Shown here: piece by piece, positions 48,831 to 58,363 of the stretch
Numbering within the stretch: position 1 is the first letter of the stretch
Layout of the letters: every line of letters begins with the position of its first letter
NCBI GenBank assembly: GCA_033764015.1
Contig: JANRJK010000046.1
Location: 96,001 to 160,000 of the forward strand
DNA length: 64,000 bases
Direction: 5' to 3'
Source of the DNA: Candidatus Sumerlaeia bacterium
Lineage (GTDB): Bacteria; Sumerlaeota; Sumerlaeia; SLMS01; JANRJK01
The notes under the pieces: model-generated
What the model was told of the DNA's origin: nothing
What the model saw: the letters and a program-made list of their open reading frames with translations, nothing else
Database searches by the model: none
Position numbers and translations under genes: made by a program

Positions 48831-49867
48831 CCATCCCGATCGCGATCCTCGGCGCCACCGGCTACGGCGGCGGCGAACTCCTGCGCCTCTTCCTGCGCCG
48901 CAAGGACGTGGCCATCCGCCACGCCACCAGCCGCACCGAGGCGGGCAAGCACGTCTCCTCCGCGCACCGCAACCTCGACGGCCTCACGGACCTCCGCTTC
49001 TCCGCGCCGACGGAGGCGGAGCTGCTCCGCGACTGCGAGGTGGTCTTCAGCGCGCTTCCCCACACCGCCTCGGCCAAGGCGCTCGCTCCCTTCATCGCCG
49101 CCGGCAAGCGCGTCGTCGACCTCTCCGGCGACTTCCGCCTCCGCACCGCGGACGCCTACCACGAAGCCTACAGCCACACGCATCCGCATCCCGAGCTGCT
49201 CGCCGATGCGGTGTACGGCCTCCCCGAACTGCACCGCGAGCGCATCCGCGGCGCGCGCGTCCTCGCGTCGCCGGGCTGCTTCGCCACCGCCATCGAACTC
49301 GCGCTGCTCCCCGCCGCCCGCGCCGGCGTCCTGGGCAACCGGCTCTCCGTCGTCGCGATGACCGGTTCCTCCGGCTCCGGCGCCGAGGCCACCCGCGGCA
49401 CGCACCACCCCACCCGCGACCAGACGCTCCGCCCCTACAAGGTTGATGGCCACCAGCACTGCAACGAGATCGTCCAGACGCTGGGCGAGGCAGCCGGTTC
49501 GCCGACGCCGTTCCGCCTCACCTTCACGCCGGTTTCCGCGCCGCTCGTCCGCGGCATCCTCGCCATCGCCACCGCGCCCCTCGCCCGCGATCTATCCGCC
49601 ACCGAGCTGGAGACGATCTACGAGGAGGCCTACGCGGGCGAACCGTTCATCAAGCTTGTGCGCGACCGCGAGCCGGAGCCCGGCCCCGTCAACGGCACAA
49701 ACTACGCCGAGGTCCGCGCACGCCTTTCCCGGCACGGCGAGCTGATCGCCATGTGCGCCATCGACAATCTGGTGAAGGGCGGCGCCGGACAGGCGGTGCA
49801 GTCCTTCAACATCATGATGGGCCTTCCGGAGACGGAAGGGCTCGACTGGCCCGGAACCTGGCCCTGA
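48827..49867 (+). CDS. argC: N-acetyl-gamma-glutamyl-phosphate reductase
   Basis: GATGYGG, ALPH, DLSGDFRL, YGLPE, PGCFAT, GSSGSG, HQH..EI, RGI, IDNLVKGGAGQAVQ. LysY is not formally excluded. Confidence 0.93.
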   Translation: MTIPIAILGATGYGGGELLRLFLRRKDVAIRHATSRTEAGKHVSSAHRNLDGLTDLRFSAPTEAELLRDCEVVFSALPHTASAKALAPFIAAGKRVVDLSGDFRLRTADAYHEAYSHTHPHPELLADAVYGLPELHRERIRGARVLASPGCFATAIELALLPAARAGVLGNRLSVVAMTGSSGSGAEATRGTHHPTRDQTLRPYKVDGHQHCNEIVQTLGEAAGSPTPFRLTFTPVSAPLVRGILAIATAPLARDLSATELETIYEEAYAGEPFIKLVRDREPEPGPVNGTNYAEVRARLSRHGELIAMCAIDNLVKGGAGQAVQSFNIMMGLPETEGLDWPGTWP

Positions 49868-50009
49868 CGGAACTTCGCGCCGCCGAGGCGCGAGATGTCG
49901 CGGCCCGCGCGGCGGAACACGCCGCCGCAAGCGGTTGCGACTGGCACCGATGACGCTTGGAGGGACCGCGGGCGAAGCGCCCACACCCTCCGGCGAAAGG
50001 CCGTTCCGC

Positions 50010-50765
50010 ATGCACTCCACCACCCGCAGCACCCTGAAGGCGGCGGCAGCCGCCGCCTGCATCGCCGGCGCGCCCCTCGGCGCCGCCGCGCAGGAGTCCG
50101 CGACGAAGGACGCGTCCGCGCCCACGCTCTCCCAGGAGCTCGACGCGAAGAAAGCCAGCTTCAACCAGTCCGCCCCGGAGGCCACCAAGGCCGTCTACGA
50201 GCGCGGCATCCAGCAGGTCTCCGAGTCCGGCGCGCTCGAGCGCGCCCTCAAGGAAGGCGACCAAGCGCCGGACTTCACCCTGGCAGGCGCCGACGGCGCC
50301 GAGGTGCGCCTCTCGGCCCTCCTCGCCGACGGGCCTGTGGTCCTGACCTGGTACCGCGGCGGCTGGTGCCCCTACTGCAACATCCAGCTCCGCGCCTACC
50401 AGCAGTCCCTGCCGGAGTTCCAGAAGCACGGCGCCCGCCTCGTCGCGCTCAGCCCCGAGCTGCCCGACAACTCGCTCACCACCGCCGAGAAGAACGAACT
50501 CGCCTTCCACGTCCTGAGCGACGGAGGCAACAAGGTCGCCGAGGCCTACGGCGTCGTCTACAACCTGCCCGCGGACGTGGTGGAGCAGTTCAAGGGGCGA
50601 CTCGACCTGCCGAAGTTCAACGGCGACGACTCGTGGCGGCTGCCACTCGCGGCGACCTACGTGATCGCCAAGGACGGCAAGATCGCCTACGCATTCCTCG
50701 ACGCGGACTACCGCAAGCGCGCGGAGCCGGCCGCGATCATCGAGGCGCTCGAAGCCCTCAAGTAG
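50010..50765 (+). CDS. Exported peroxiredoxin-like AhpC/TSA protein
   Basis: Signal peptide; GDQAPDFTL, YRGGWCPYCN, LP..ATYVI, DYRKRAEP. Confidence 0.9.
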   Translation: MHSTTRSTLKAAAAAACIAGAPLGAAAQESATKDASAPTLSQELDAKKASFNQSAPEATKAVYERGIQQVSESGALERALKEGDQAPDFTLAGADGAEVRLSALLADGPVVLTWYRGGWCPYCNIQLRAYQQSLPEFQKHGARLVALSPELPDNSLTTAEKNELAFHVLSDGGNKVAEAYGVVYNLPADVVEQFKGRLDLPKFNGDDSWRLPLAATYVIAKDGKIAYAFLDADYRKRAEPAAIIEALEALK

Positions 50766-50793
50766 TCTCTTCCCCCTTGGAACGAGCGGCCCT

Positions 50794-50830
50794 AAACAAA
50801 CCGGCCCCGCTCCAAAGGAGCGGGGCCGGT
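50794..50830 (-). terminator. Intrinsic terminator, probably bidirectional
   Basis: accggccccgctcc-aaa-ggagcggggccggt with a U-tract (ttgttt) on the minus strand, between convergent genes. Confidence 0.8.
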
Positions 50831-50861
50831 CGCATCATGGCCGACGGGGTCGTGGAGCCGC

Positions 50862-51632
50862 CTACTGCGGGAAGCGCCGCGCCGTGTCGAAGAAGCGGTA
50901 GCCGGAGGTGGCGTCGCCGGTGGGGGTGCCGCCGATCCGGTAGATGTCGCCGAGCGACGTGGTGCCGTTGGTCGGGTCGTAGTAGTTGTTCGCGACCGCC
51001 TCGGGCGTGGTCGTAGTGTTCAGGAGGCCGCCGAGGTTCGGATACACCTGGTCGGGACCCGAGGAGAACAGGATGTAGTACCACTTCGCCACGTCTGTCG
51101 AGTTCTCGACGTCGGCGAGCGTGCTGGTGTTTCCGGCCACACCCTGCGGAGTGGCGTACTTGATGAAAGCGAACAGCGCCGCGTTCGCGTCGCCGGCGAT
51201 TGAATTGGTGGACGGGGGAGGGAACGGCCACGAGCCGTCCGTCGAGTTGATGGTTCCCGTGCGGAACTGCGGCGTGAACGGATCCTGCACAAACGCATTG
51301 GTGATGTAGGCGATCGGGGAGCTGAGGCGCTCGAGCACCTTGCGCTGCTCGTTGATCGCGGCGGTGGAGCGCTCGTCCGGGCTGACGCGGGCGCCCGCCA
51401 AGGCGAAGTTGTTGCACTTCGGGTACGAGTTGTTGTCGACCCGGTAAGCCTCAAGGGCGGTCGCCATCGACCGCATGTCGGCCTTGGCGCGGCTGACCTT
51501 CGAGCGCACCTGCGCTTCGAGGAAGTTCGGGACCGCGATCGCGGCCAGGATCGCGATGATCGCCACGACGATCAGCAGTTCGATCAGGGTGAACCCGCGC
51601 AAGCGCGCGGGGAACAGATCGCTGTGTTTCAT
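50862..51632 (-). CDS. Prepilin-type N-terminal cleavage/methylation protein (GspG-like), YDPTNGT family
   Basis: G/FTLIELLIVVAIIAILAAIAVPNFLEAQVRSKVSR; SPIAYI...DPF; SSGPD; YDPTNGTTSLGDI. Confidence 0.92.
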   Translation of the reverse strand: MKHSDLFPARLRGFTLIELLIVVAIIAILAAIAVPNFLEAQVRSKVSRAKADMRSMATALEAYRVDNNSYPKCNNFALAGARVSPDERSTAAINEQRKVLERLSSPIAYITNAFVQDPFTPQFRTGTINSTDGSWPFPPPSTNSIAGDANAALFAFIKYATPQGVAGNTSTLADVENSTDVAKWYYILFSSGPDQVYPNLGGLLNTTTTPEAVANNYYDPTNGTTSLGDIYRIGGTPTGDATSGYRFFDTARRFPQ

Positions 51633-51781
51633 GGGCAACGACGCCTTTGTGCGGCGCCACCGGCGGGGGGAGCGGCCGCTGGATGTGGCCGCTGGGGCCG
51701 CCGGGACTGTCATTTGCCCCCACGGCGCCCCGCAAGCCGAAAACCGGCGCGGAAGGAACAGGGCGCGCGGGGGGCAAGGCG

Positions 51782-52492
51782 TCAGGCCCGCTCGGCGTAG
51801 CGGCGGCAGATCCGGGCAAGAGCCGCCGAATACTCCCTGCGCGTCGCCGCCGCATCAACCCACTCGAAGGGAAAGGGGTCCGCGTTCGTCGCGCGGAAGG
51901 GAAGTATCAGAAGCTCATCGTAGACCGGGCCTGCGTGGTCGCGCACCCGGCGGGTGGCCTCGTCCGCCTCTTGAAAGGGGTGCTTGTAACGCCTTCCGTC
52001 CGTCGGGAACGTACGCTCGCCCTCGAAGCTCACATAATGCTCCGCGTGGTTCACGCCCACGATGGCGACCGTCACCGGGTTGTCGCCGGAGGAGCGGAAC
52101 TGTTCCACCTGGTTGCGCAAGTCCCCGCAAACACGGTCGATCTGCTTGATCATCGCCTTAGCGAGGATCTTGGCTTCGCAGCCGATCTGGATACTCGCGA
52201 TGGGCGCGCGCGGGATCGGCGACCCATCCACCCGGAGCAACTCCTCGCCGGGGACCGTTTCGCCGAAGGTCCCGTCTCCGCGGCGGGCCCGGGCACCCAC
52301 TCGGCGATTCTGACGGTTCAGCGCGGCGCGCCCCGAGTCGACTTCCTTCCGGAAACGGGCGCACCTGTCTTTGAGCGTGTAGAGATCTTCAAAGAGCCCG
52401 GCGGCGACTCCGTCACCGATGGACGAGTTGCGGTGCAGATAGGGGCGCCCGCGGAAAGCGGCCTCGAACAGTTCAAGCAGTCGCGCCGCCAA
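51782..52492 (-). CDS. Putative type II restriction endonuclease (PD-(D/E)xK-like)
   Basis: TTG start after GGAGG, overlapping the MTase 3' end; GDGTFG...GCEAK as a candidate catalytic motif. The function is inferred from context. Confidence 0.6.
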   Translation of the reverse strand: MAARLLELFEAAFRGRPYLHRNSSIGDGVAAGLFEDLYTLKDRCARFRKEVDSGRAALNRQNRRVGARARRGDGTFGETVPGEELLRVDGSPIPRAPIASIQIGCEAKILAKAMIKQIDRVCGDLRNQVEQFRSSGDNPVTVAIVGVNHAEHYVSFEGERTFPTDGRRYKHPFQEADEATRRVRDHAGPVYDELLILPFRATNADPFPFEWVDAAATRREYSAALARICRRYAERA

Positions 52493-53459
52493 TGCGCACC
52501 TCCACCTCGGCGGGGCCGAACAGGTGGCGCACCGAGCCGGCCCGTTCGATCCTGGTCTTCGCGATCCCGAAGTACGCCGGCTCCAGCTCGTTGGAGATCG
52601 AGTTCCTGCCGGCGGACATCGCCGCCAGCGCGGTCGATCCCGTTCCCGCGAACGGATCGAGCACGGTGTCGCCCGCGAAGGAGAACATCCGCACCAGACG
52701 CTCCGCGAGCTCGACCGGATACGGCGCCGGATGGCCCTCGCGGGTCGAGGCGCCACGGACGTCCGACCAGATCGAGCGCGTCCACGCCTTCATCTCCTCC
52801 TTCGTCAGCATCGAAAGCGCCTTCGCGAGCGGCGACGGCGAGCGGTACTGGCCCCCCTTGCGGAAGAAGAGGATGTACTCGATGTCGTTTTTGATGATCG
52901 CTCCGGGCTGGTAGGGCTTGCCGTAGAACCCGGCCCCGTTGCCCTCGGTCTCGTTCGCGCCGTTGGCGATCTTGTGCCAGAGGATCGGCGTGAGGCAGTC
53001 GAGGCCGAAGCGCCGCGAACGCACCTGCAGGTCCGCATGGAGCGGCATGACGAAGTGGCGCCCCGCCCTCTTGCGCGGCACGCAGACATCGCCCACCACG
53101 CAGCAGATCCGCCCGCCCGGCGCGAGCACCCGCGCGCAGTGGCTCCACACCTTGTCCAGTTCGCGAAGGAACTCCTCGTAATCTTCGACCGCGCCCAGCT
53201 GGCCGGGGGCTTCCTCGCCGTAGTCCTTAAGCGTCCAGTAGGGCGGCGACGTCACGACCAGATGCACCGACTCGTCGGCGATCCAGTCAAGATGCCGCGC
53301 ATCGCCAAGGCGGAGCTCGTGCACTGTGCGGTGGAATGGCTCGGGCCAGCTCGCGAGCCGCAGGGCCCGGTTCGCCGCGAGGAGCGCCTCCGGACCGCCC
53401 GACTTGTTGTCGTCGATCTGGCCGATGAGCGACGCCGCTTGTTCTTCGGATAGGGTCAT
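52473..53459 (-). CDS. Site-specific N4-cytosine/N6-adenine DNA methyltransferase, beta class
   Basis: Motif IV VVTSPPY precedes motif I VLDPFAGTGST; HPAPYP. Confidence 0.95.
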   Translation of the reverse strand: MTLSEEQAASLIGQIDDNKSGGPEALLAANRALRLASWPEPFHRTVHELRLGDARHLDWIADESVHLVVTSPPYWTLKDYGEEAPGQLGAVEDYEEFLRELDKVWSHCARVLAPGGRICCVVGDVCVPRKRAGRHFVMPLHADLQVRSRRFGLDCLTPILWHKIANGANETEGNGAGFYGKPYQPGAIIKNDIEYILFFRKGGQYRSPSPLAKALSMLTKEEMKAWTRSIWSDVRGASTREGHPAPYPVELAERLVRMFSFAGDTVLDPFAGTGSTALAAMSAGRNSISNELEPAYFGIAKTRIERAGSVRHLFGPAEVEVRIGGATA

Positions 53460-53592
53460 GGCGGACGGTATGAACCAAATCTAGGGGCCGAAACGATAGC
53501 GAAAGGTTGTGGCGCGGTGGTGCGTCGCGCAATAGAAATGCCCCCCACTGCCGCCTTGATCCGGTGCGCGGGCGCCCGCAGCATCGCCCGCT

Positions 53593-54495
53593 GTGAACAA
53601 GGCCCGCGAAGGATCCACCCTCGCCCGGGCGCAGCGCCGCGCCGCGTGGCTGTTCCTTGCGCCGGGGTTGCTGGCGCTCGCGGCCGTCGGGCTCTATCCG
53701 CTCCTCGATACCTTCCGCCTCAGCTTCACCGACGCCTTCCGCGGCGATCCCGATCCGGCGCGCTGGGTGGGGTTCGCCCATTACCGCGCGCTGCTCGCGG
53801 ACGGCGCCTTCCGCGAGGCGGTCCGCAACACGGTCGTCTTCGCGACGGCGTCGGTCGCGCTCGAGTTCCTCCTCGGCCTCGGCATCGCCCTGCTGCTCGC
53901 GCGCGAGTTCCGCGGACGCGCCTTCATGCGCACCGCGATGCTCATTCCTTGGGCGTTGCCGACCGTCGTCGCCGCGCGGCTGTGGGCGTGGATGTTCAAC
54001 GACGTTTTCGGAGTGGTGAACGACCTGCTCCACACCCGCCTCGGGCTGCTGCCGGAGCCGCTCGCCTGGACCGCGACGCCGGGCCTCGCGATGGCCGCGA
54101 TCATCGCCGTGGACGTGTGGAAGACGACGCCGTTCATGGCGCTGCTGCTCCTCGCGGGGCTTCAGCTCATCCCGCGCGAGCTGTACGAGGCCGCCCGCGT
54201 GGACGGCGCCTCGCGCTGGCAGCAGTTCCGCGCCGTCACGCTGCCGCTGCTCAAGCCCGCCATCCTCGTCGCGCTCATCTTCCGGACGCTCGACGCGCTC
54301 CGCGTGTTCGACGTGATCTGGGTGATGACCGCCGGCAAGTTCGGCACCGAGAGCCTCGCCACCTACACCTACCGGCAGACCATGGCGTTCAACCGGCTCG
54401 GCTACGGGGCGGCGGCGAGCGTGCTCGTGTTCCTCATCATCGCGCTCTTCACCGCGGCGTATGTCACGGTGCTCCGCGTGGACCGCGACCGGTGA
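53593..54495 (+). CDS. Carbohydrate ABC transporter permease (MalF-like)
   Basis: LIPWALP, DVWKTTPF, EAA loop ELYEAARVDGA, RTLDALRVFD. Confidence 0.93.
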   Translation: MNKAREGSTLARAQRRAAWLFLAPGLLALAAVGLYPLLDTFRLSFTDAFRGDPDPARWVGFAHYRALLADGAFREAVRNTVVFATASVALEFLLGLGIALLLAREFRGRAFMRTAMLIPWALPTVVAARLWAWMFNDVFGVVNDLLHTRLGLLPEPLAWTATPGLAMAAIIAVDVWKTTPFMALLLLAGLQLIPRELYEAARVDGASRWQQFRAVTLPLLKPAILVALIFRTLDALRVFDVIWVMTAGKFGTESLATYTYRQTMAFNRLGYGAAASVLVFLIIALFTAAYVTVLRVDRDR

Positions 54496-55322
54496 AGGCG
54501 CTGCGCCGCGCGGGCGCGGTCCTCCTGCTGGCGCTGCTCGCCTTCCACCTGCTCGCGCCGTTCTACTGGGCGGTCAACACGTCGCTGGCGCTGCCGGAGA
54601 ACGTGGCGAAGACGCCGGTGGACTACGTCCCCTCGCCGCCCACGCTCGAGGGCTACCGCCGCGTGCTCGGCAACCCGCTCTTCCTGCGCGCGGTACTCAA
54701 CTCGGCGCTGGTGTCGGGGGGCGCGACGGTGCTTTCGCTGGCGCTCGGCGCGGCGGCGGGGTGCGCGCTCGGGCGCTACGCCTTCCCCGGCCGCGGCGCG
54801 GTCCTGTCGCTCTTCCTCGCCATGACGATGTTTCCGCAGATCTCCGTGCTCGGAGCGCTCTTCACGCTCGTCACCACGACGGGCCTGTTCAACACGCCGC
54901 TCGCGCTGATCTCGACGTACCTGCTGACGACGCTGCCGTTCACCGTGTGGGTGCTGTCGAACTTCTTCCGGCAGTTGCCGCGCGAGCTGGAGGAGGCCGC
55001 CTTCGTGGACGGCGCCGGGCCCTTCGCAGTTTTCTGGCGCGTGCTGCTGCCGCTCGCCGCCCCGGGCCTCGCGACCACCGCGATCCTCGCCTTCATCAAC
55101 ACCTGGAACGAGTACCTCTACGCGCTCAGCTTCACCATCGACGAGAGCGCCCGCACCGCCCCCGTCGCCATCGCCCAGTTCACCGGCGAATCCGCGCTCG
55201 AGATCCCTTGGAACGAGATCATGGCCGCCAGCGTCCTCGTCACCCTGCCCCTTGTCCTCATCGTGCTGCTGTTCCAAAAGCACATCGTCTCGGGCATGAC
55301 CGCCGGCGCCGTGAAGGGCTGA
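54492..55322 (+). CDS. Carbohydrate ABC transporter permease (MalG-like)
   Basis: GTGA overlap; NSALV, MFPQI, LPRELEEAAFVDGA, WNEYLYA, QKHIVSGMTAGAVKG. Confidence 0.93.
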   Translation: MKALRRAGAVLLLALLAFHLLAPFYWAVNTSLALPENVAKTPVDYVPSPPTLEGYRRVLGNPLFLRAVLNSALVSGGATVLSLALGAAAGCALGRYAFPGRGAVLSLFLAMTMFPQISVLGALFTLVTTTGLFNTPLALISTYLLTTLPFTVWVLSNFFRQLPRELEEAAFVDGAGPFAVFWRVLLPLAAPGLATTAILAFINTWNEYLYALSFTIDESARTAPVAIAQFTGESALEIPWNEIMAASVLVTLPLVLIVLLFQKHIVSGMTAGAVKG

Positions 55323-55348
55323 GCGCACCCCGCAAAGGAACCCCTAAC

Positions 55349-55882
55349 ATGCGCCTCGCGATCCCCGTAGCCGCCGCGCTCGCGCTCGCCGGATGCGCCT
55401 CCGCGCCGAAGCGCACCGCCGCCCCGGCCCAGCCGTTCCCCGACGCCTGGTACGGCTCCTACGCCGGCACCATGTTGGTGGACATGCCCGGCCGGCCGGC
55501 GCAGTCGGTGCCGATGACGCTCGAAATCGCCCCCACGGAGGACCCGGCGCGCTGGCACTGGCGCATCGGCTACGCGGGCCAGCCGGTGCGCGACTACGCG
55601 CTCGAAGCGGTGGACGCCGACGCCGGCGAGTACCGCATCGACGAGAACAACTCGATCGTGCTGGACGCGCGGCTGCTCGGCGGCGTGCTCTTCTGCCACT
55701 ACGCCGGCCCGTGGGGCGCCTACACGGTGCGGTACGACTTCGACGGCGAGACGATGAAGTTCGACCTGGTCAGCACCGCGCCGGAGGCGACCTCGACCAC
55801 CGGCGGGGCCGAAGGCGTGCCGGCGTTCGACAACATCCCCGTGATCGGGTGGCAGCGCGCAGTCCTGCGCCGCGTGCCCTGA
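55349..55882 (+). CDS. Hypothetical lipoprotein, beta-barrel-like
   Basis: SD AAGGA; lipobox LAG-C; W.G...G.M, RDY.L, G.Y.IDENNSI.LD. Confidence 0.75.
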   Translation: MRLAIPVAAALALAGCASAPKRTAAPAQPFPDAWYGSYAGTMLVDMPGRPAQSVPMTLEIAPTEDPARWHWRIGYAGQPVRDYALEAVDADAGEYRIDENNSIVLDARLLGGVLFCHYAGPWGAYTVRYDFDGETMKFDLVSTAPEATSTTGGAEGVPAFDNIPVIGWQRAVLRRVP

Positions 55883-55891
55883 CCGCCGCGC

Positions 55892-56992
55892 TCAGACGAA
55901 GTCCGGCTCCGGCAGCAGCTCGTAGAAGAAATTGCGCCGGCGCGGCGTGAAGCCCGCCTCCGACACCAGCGCGCGCAGGCCCAGCTCCGTCATGCGGAAG
56001 TTCGCGCCCGCCGCGCGCACCACGTTCTCCTCGATCATGATCGAGCCCATGTCGTCGCATCCGTGGAACAGCGACACCTGCCCGATGCGTCCGCCCTGCG
56101 TGACCCAGGAGGATTGGATGTGCTGGAAGTTGTCGAGGTAGAGCCGCGCGATGGCGGTGGTGCGCAGGTAGTCCCAGCTCCCCACCTCCTTGACGCCCTT
56201 CTGCTCGCCGAGGCGCGTGTGCTCCGGCTGGAACGTCCAGTCGATGAACGCCGTGAAGCCCCCCGTTTCGTCCTGCAGCTCGCGGAAGCGGCGGAACGTC
56301 TCGATGCGCTCCTCCAGCGTCTCGACATGGCCGAACATCATGGTGGCGGTGGAGCGCCCGCCCAGCTTGTGCCACGCGCGGTGCACCTCGATCCAGTCGT
56401 CCGACAGCACCTTGCCGCGGGTGATCTCCTTGCGGACGCGGTCGGAGAGGATCTCGGCGCCGCCGCCGGGGAGCGACGCCAGCCCGGCCGCCTTGAGCCG
56501 CCCGAGCACCTCGTCGTACCCGAGCTTGTTGATCTTCGAGAACGCGTGGATCTCCGGCGCGCTGAAGCCGTGCACGTGGATGCCGAACTCCGTCGTGAGG
56601 AAGCGCAGCATGTCCTCGTAGAACTCGAGCTTGAGCCGCGGGTGCATGCCGCCCTGGAGCAGGAGCTGGTTGCCGCCGAGCTCCTGCGTCTCGCGCACCT
56701 TCTCCGCGAGCTGCTCGTGCGTCAGCACGTACGCCTCCGAATCGCCGAGCTTGCGGTAGAAGGCGCAGAACTCGCAGTCCGCCAGGCAGACGTTCGTGTA
56801 GTTGACGTTCCGGTCGATGATGTAGGTGACGACGGAGGTGGGGTTCAGGCGCTTGCGGGCGCGGTGCGCGGCGACGGAGAGCTCGGGCAGCTCGGCGCGC
56901 TCGAACAGCAGGAGCGCCTCCTCGTCGGAGATGCGCTCGCCCGCGGCGGCGCGCTCCAGCAGGTCCTGGATCTCGTGGGTGGCGGTCGTCAT
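55892..56992 (-). CDS. mqnC: Cyclic dehypoxanthine futalosine synthase (radical SAM)
   Basis: TYIIDRNVNYTNVC...C.FC.FYR, LLQGG.HP, SLPGGGAEILSDRVR, TATMMFGH, IQSSWVTQG, GSIMIEENVVRAAG. Confidence 0.93.
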   Translation of the reverse strand: MTTATHEIQDLLERAAAGERISDEEALLLFERAELPELSVAAHRARKRLNPTSVVTYIIDRNVNYTNVCLADCEFCAFYRKLGDSEAYVLTHEQLAEKVRETQELGGNQLLLQGGMHPRLKLEFYEDMLRFLTTEFGIHVHGFSAPEIHAFSKINKLGYDEVLGRLKAAGLASLPGGGAEILSDRVRKEITRGKVLSDDWIEVHRAWHKLGGRSTATMMFGHVETLEERIETFRRFRELQDETGGFTAFIDWTFQPEHTRLGEQKGVKEVGSWDYLRTTAIARLYLDNFQHIQSSWVTQGGRIGQVSLFHGCDDMGSIMIEENVVRAAGANFRMTELGLRALVSEAGFTPRRRNFFYELLPEPDFV

Positions 56993-57077
56993 CGGTGCGG
57001 CTCCATGGCGTCGTGCGGAAAGAGTGGCGATTTAGGCCCTCCGGGGCAACGGGGAGCGCGCGGCGTGCCGGTCGGGG

Positions 57078-58313
57078 CTACTGGTACAGCATCCAGCCGT
57101 CCACGCCCGCGTTCACGACGTCCGGGTTCGCCAGCATCGCGAGCGCGGCCGCCTGCATCCGCACCACTTCCGCGGCCTGCGCCGGAGTGATCCGGGCCAG
57201 CGTGTCGCCCGTGTTGTGGTAGCCCGGGTAGGTGTCCCACTCGTTCTCGATCGCGAGCGTCGCCTTCATCCCGCGCTGGATGAACGGCACATGGTCGCTG
57301 CCGAAGGGGTTCAGCGAGCGGAACACCACCAGCGAGGTGAACTCCTCCGCCGCCGCCTCCTGCACGTCGCCGAGGGCTGAACCGGTCGCGTTCGTCTCGA
57401 GCAGCACATCGAGCTGGGCGTCCGACGAGTAGCCAACCATGTCCATGGTGAGCGCGCCGATCAGGTTGGGCGCGCGCCCGGCGGACTGGATCGCCGATGC
57501 GTAGCGCGTACTCCCCACCAGGCCCTGCTCCTCGACGCCGAAGTGCACGAACTCGATGCTGCGCTGCGGCTGCGGCATGGCGGCGAACACCTTCGCCAGC
57601 TCCACCACCGCCGCCGTGCCCGACCCGTTGTCCTCCGCGCCGGGGGCGGTCGACCCCGACGGGAGCGAGTCGTAGTGCGCGCCCACCACAAGGAACTCGT
57701 CCGGCCGCGTCGAACCCACGATCCTCCCGATCACGTTGTACTGCGTGGTGGAAGAGTAGCTGAAAGATTGGAGCGACACCGGGATCGACAGCGCGTCGTA
57801 CTGGTCTTCCAGCCAGTTCCGCGCGTTCGTATTCCCCGCGTTGAACGTGTAGCGGCTGCCGAAGCCGACGATAGTGGTCAGCGCCGCCATGTAGCGTGTC
57901 TGGTCCACCTCGTCCACGTAGGTTTGGATCTGCGCGCGGGTGAGGCCGGATGCCGGCAGGCCGCCGCGCGATGCGCGGTCGGAGCGCTCGACGGGCACGC
58001 GGCGCTCCGCCAGCGGGATCGGCACCGGCACGAAGTCGCGGCAATGCCCCACCGACATCGGCACGTTGGCGCGGCGGAAGACACCGCCATAGAAGCCGCC
58101 GAGCACGCGGTCCGCCGCCGCGCGCCGCCCGGGGATCGAGAGGTCGATCACCGTGTAGCCGGGCGTCGACGTTTCCGGGCACGCCAGCTCCGCGATTTCC
58201 GGCGGCACATTGCGGCCCAGCAGCAAATACGCCGCGGGCTCCTCGGCCCCCCGGGCCGCGCTGGCCGCGAGCAGCAAGGCCGCCGCGGCGATCTGGAACT
58301 TGAAAACGCTCAT
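57078..58313 (-). CDS. Secreted M28-family metallopeptidase with C-terminal W-x-x-Y motif
   Basis: Signal peptide; VGAHYDS, PGAEDNGSG, EEQGLVGS, MDMVG, SDHVPF, YHNTGD; ends AGVDGWMLYQ. Confidence 0.92.
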   Translation of the reverse strand: MSVFKFQIAAAALLLAASAARGAEEPAAYLLLGRNVPPEIAELACPETSTPGYTVIDLSIPGRRAAADRVLGGFYGGVFRRANVPMSVGHCRDFVPVPIPLAERRVPVERSDRASRGGLPASGLTRAQIQTYVDEVDQTRYMAALTTIVGFGSRYTFNAGNTNARNWLEDQYDALSIPVSLQSFSYSSTTQYNVIGRIVGSTRPDEFLVVGAHYDSLPSGSTAPGAEDNGSGTAAVVELAKVFAAMPQPQRSIEFVHFGVEEQGLVGSTRYASAIQSAGRAPNLIGALTMDMVGYSSDAQLDVLLETNATGSALGDVQEAAAEEFTSLVVFRSLNPFGSDHVPFIQRGMKATLAIENEWDTYPGYHNTGDTLARITPAQAAEVVRMQAAALAMLANPDVVNAGVDGWMLYQ

Positions 58314-58363
58314 CGTGGCCTTCCCCTGCTCTGCCGAAATCAGAGGCAGGAAGCGGGCCGAAG

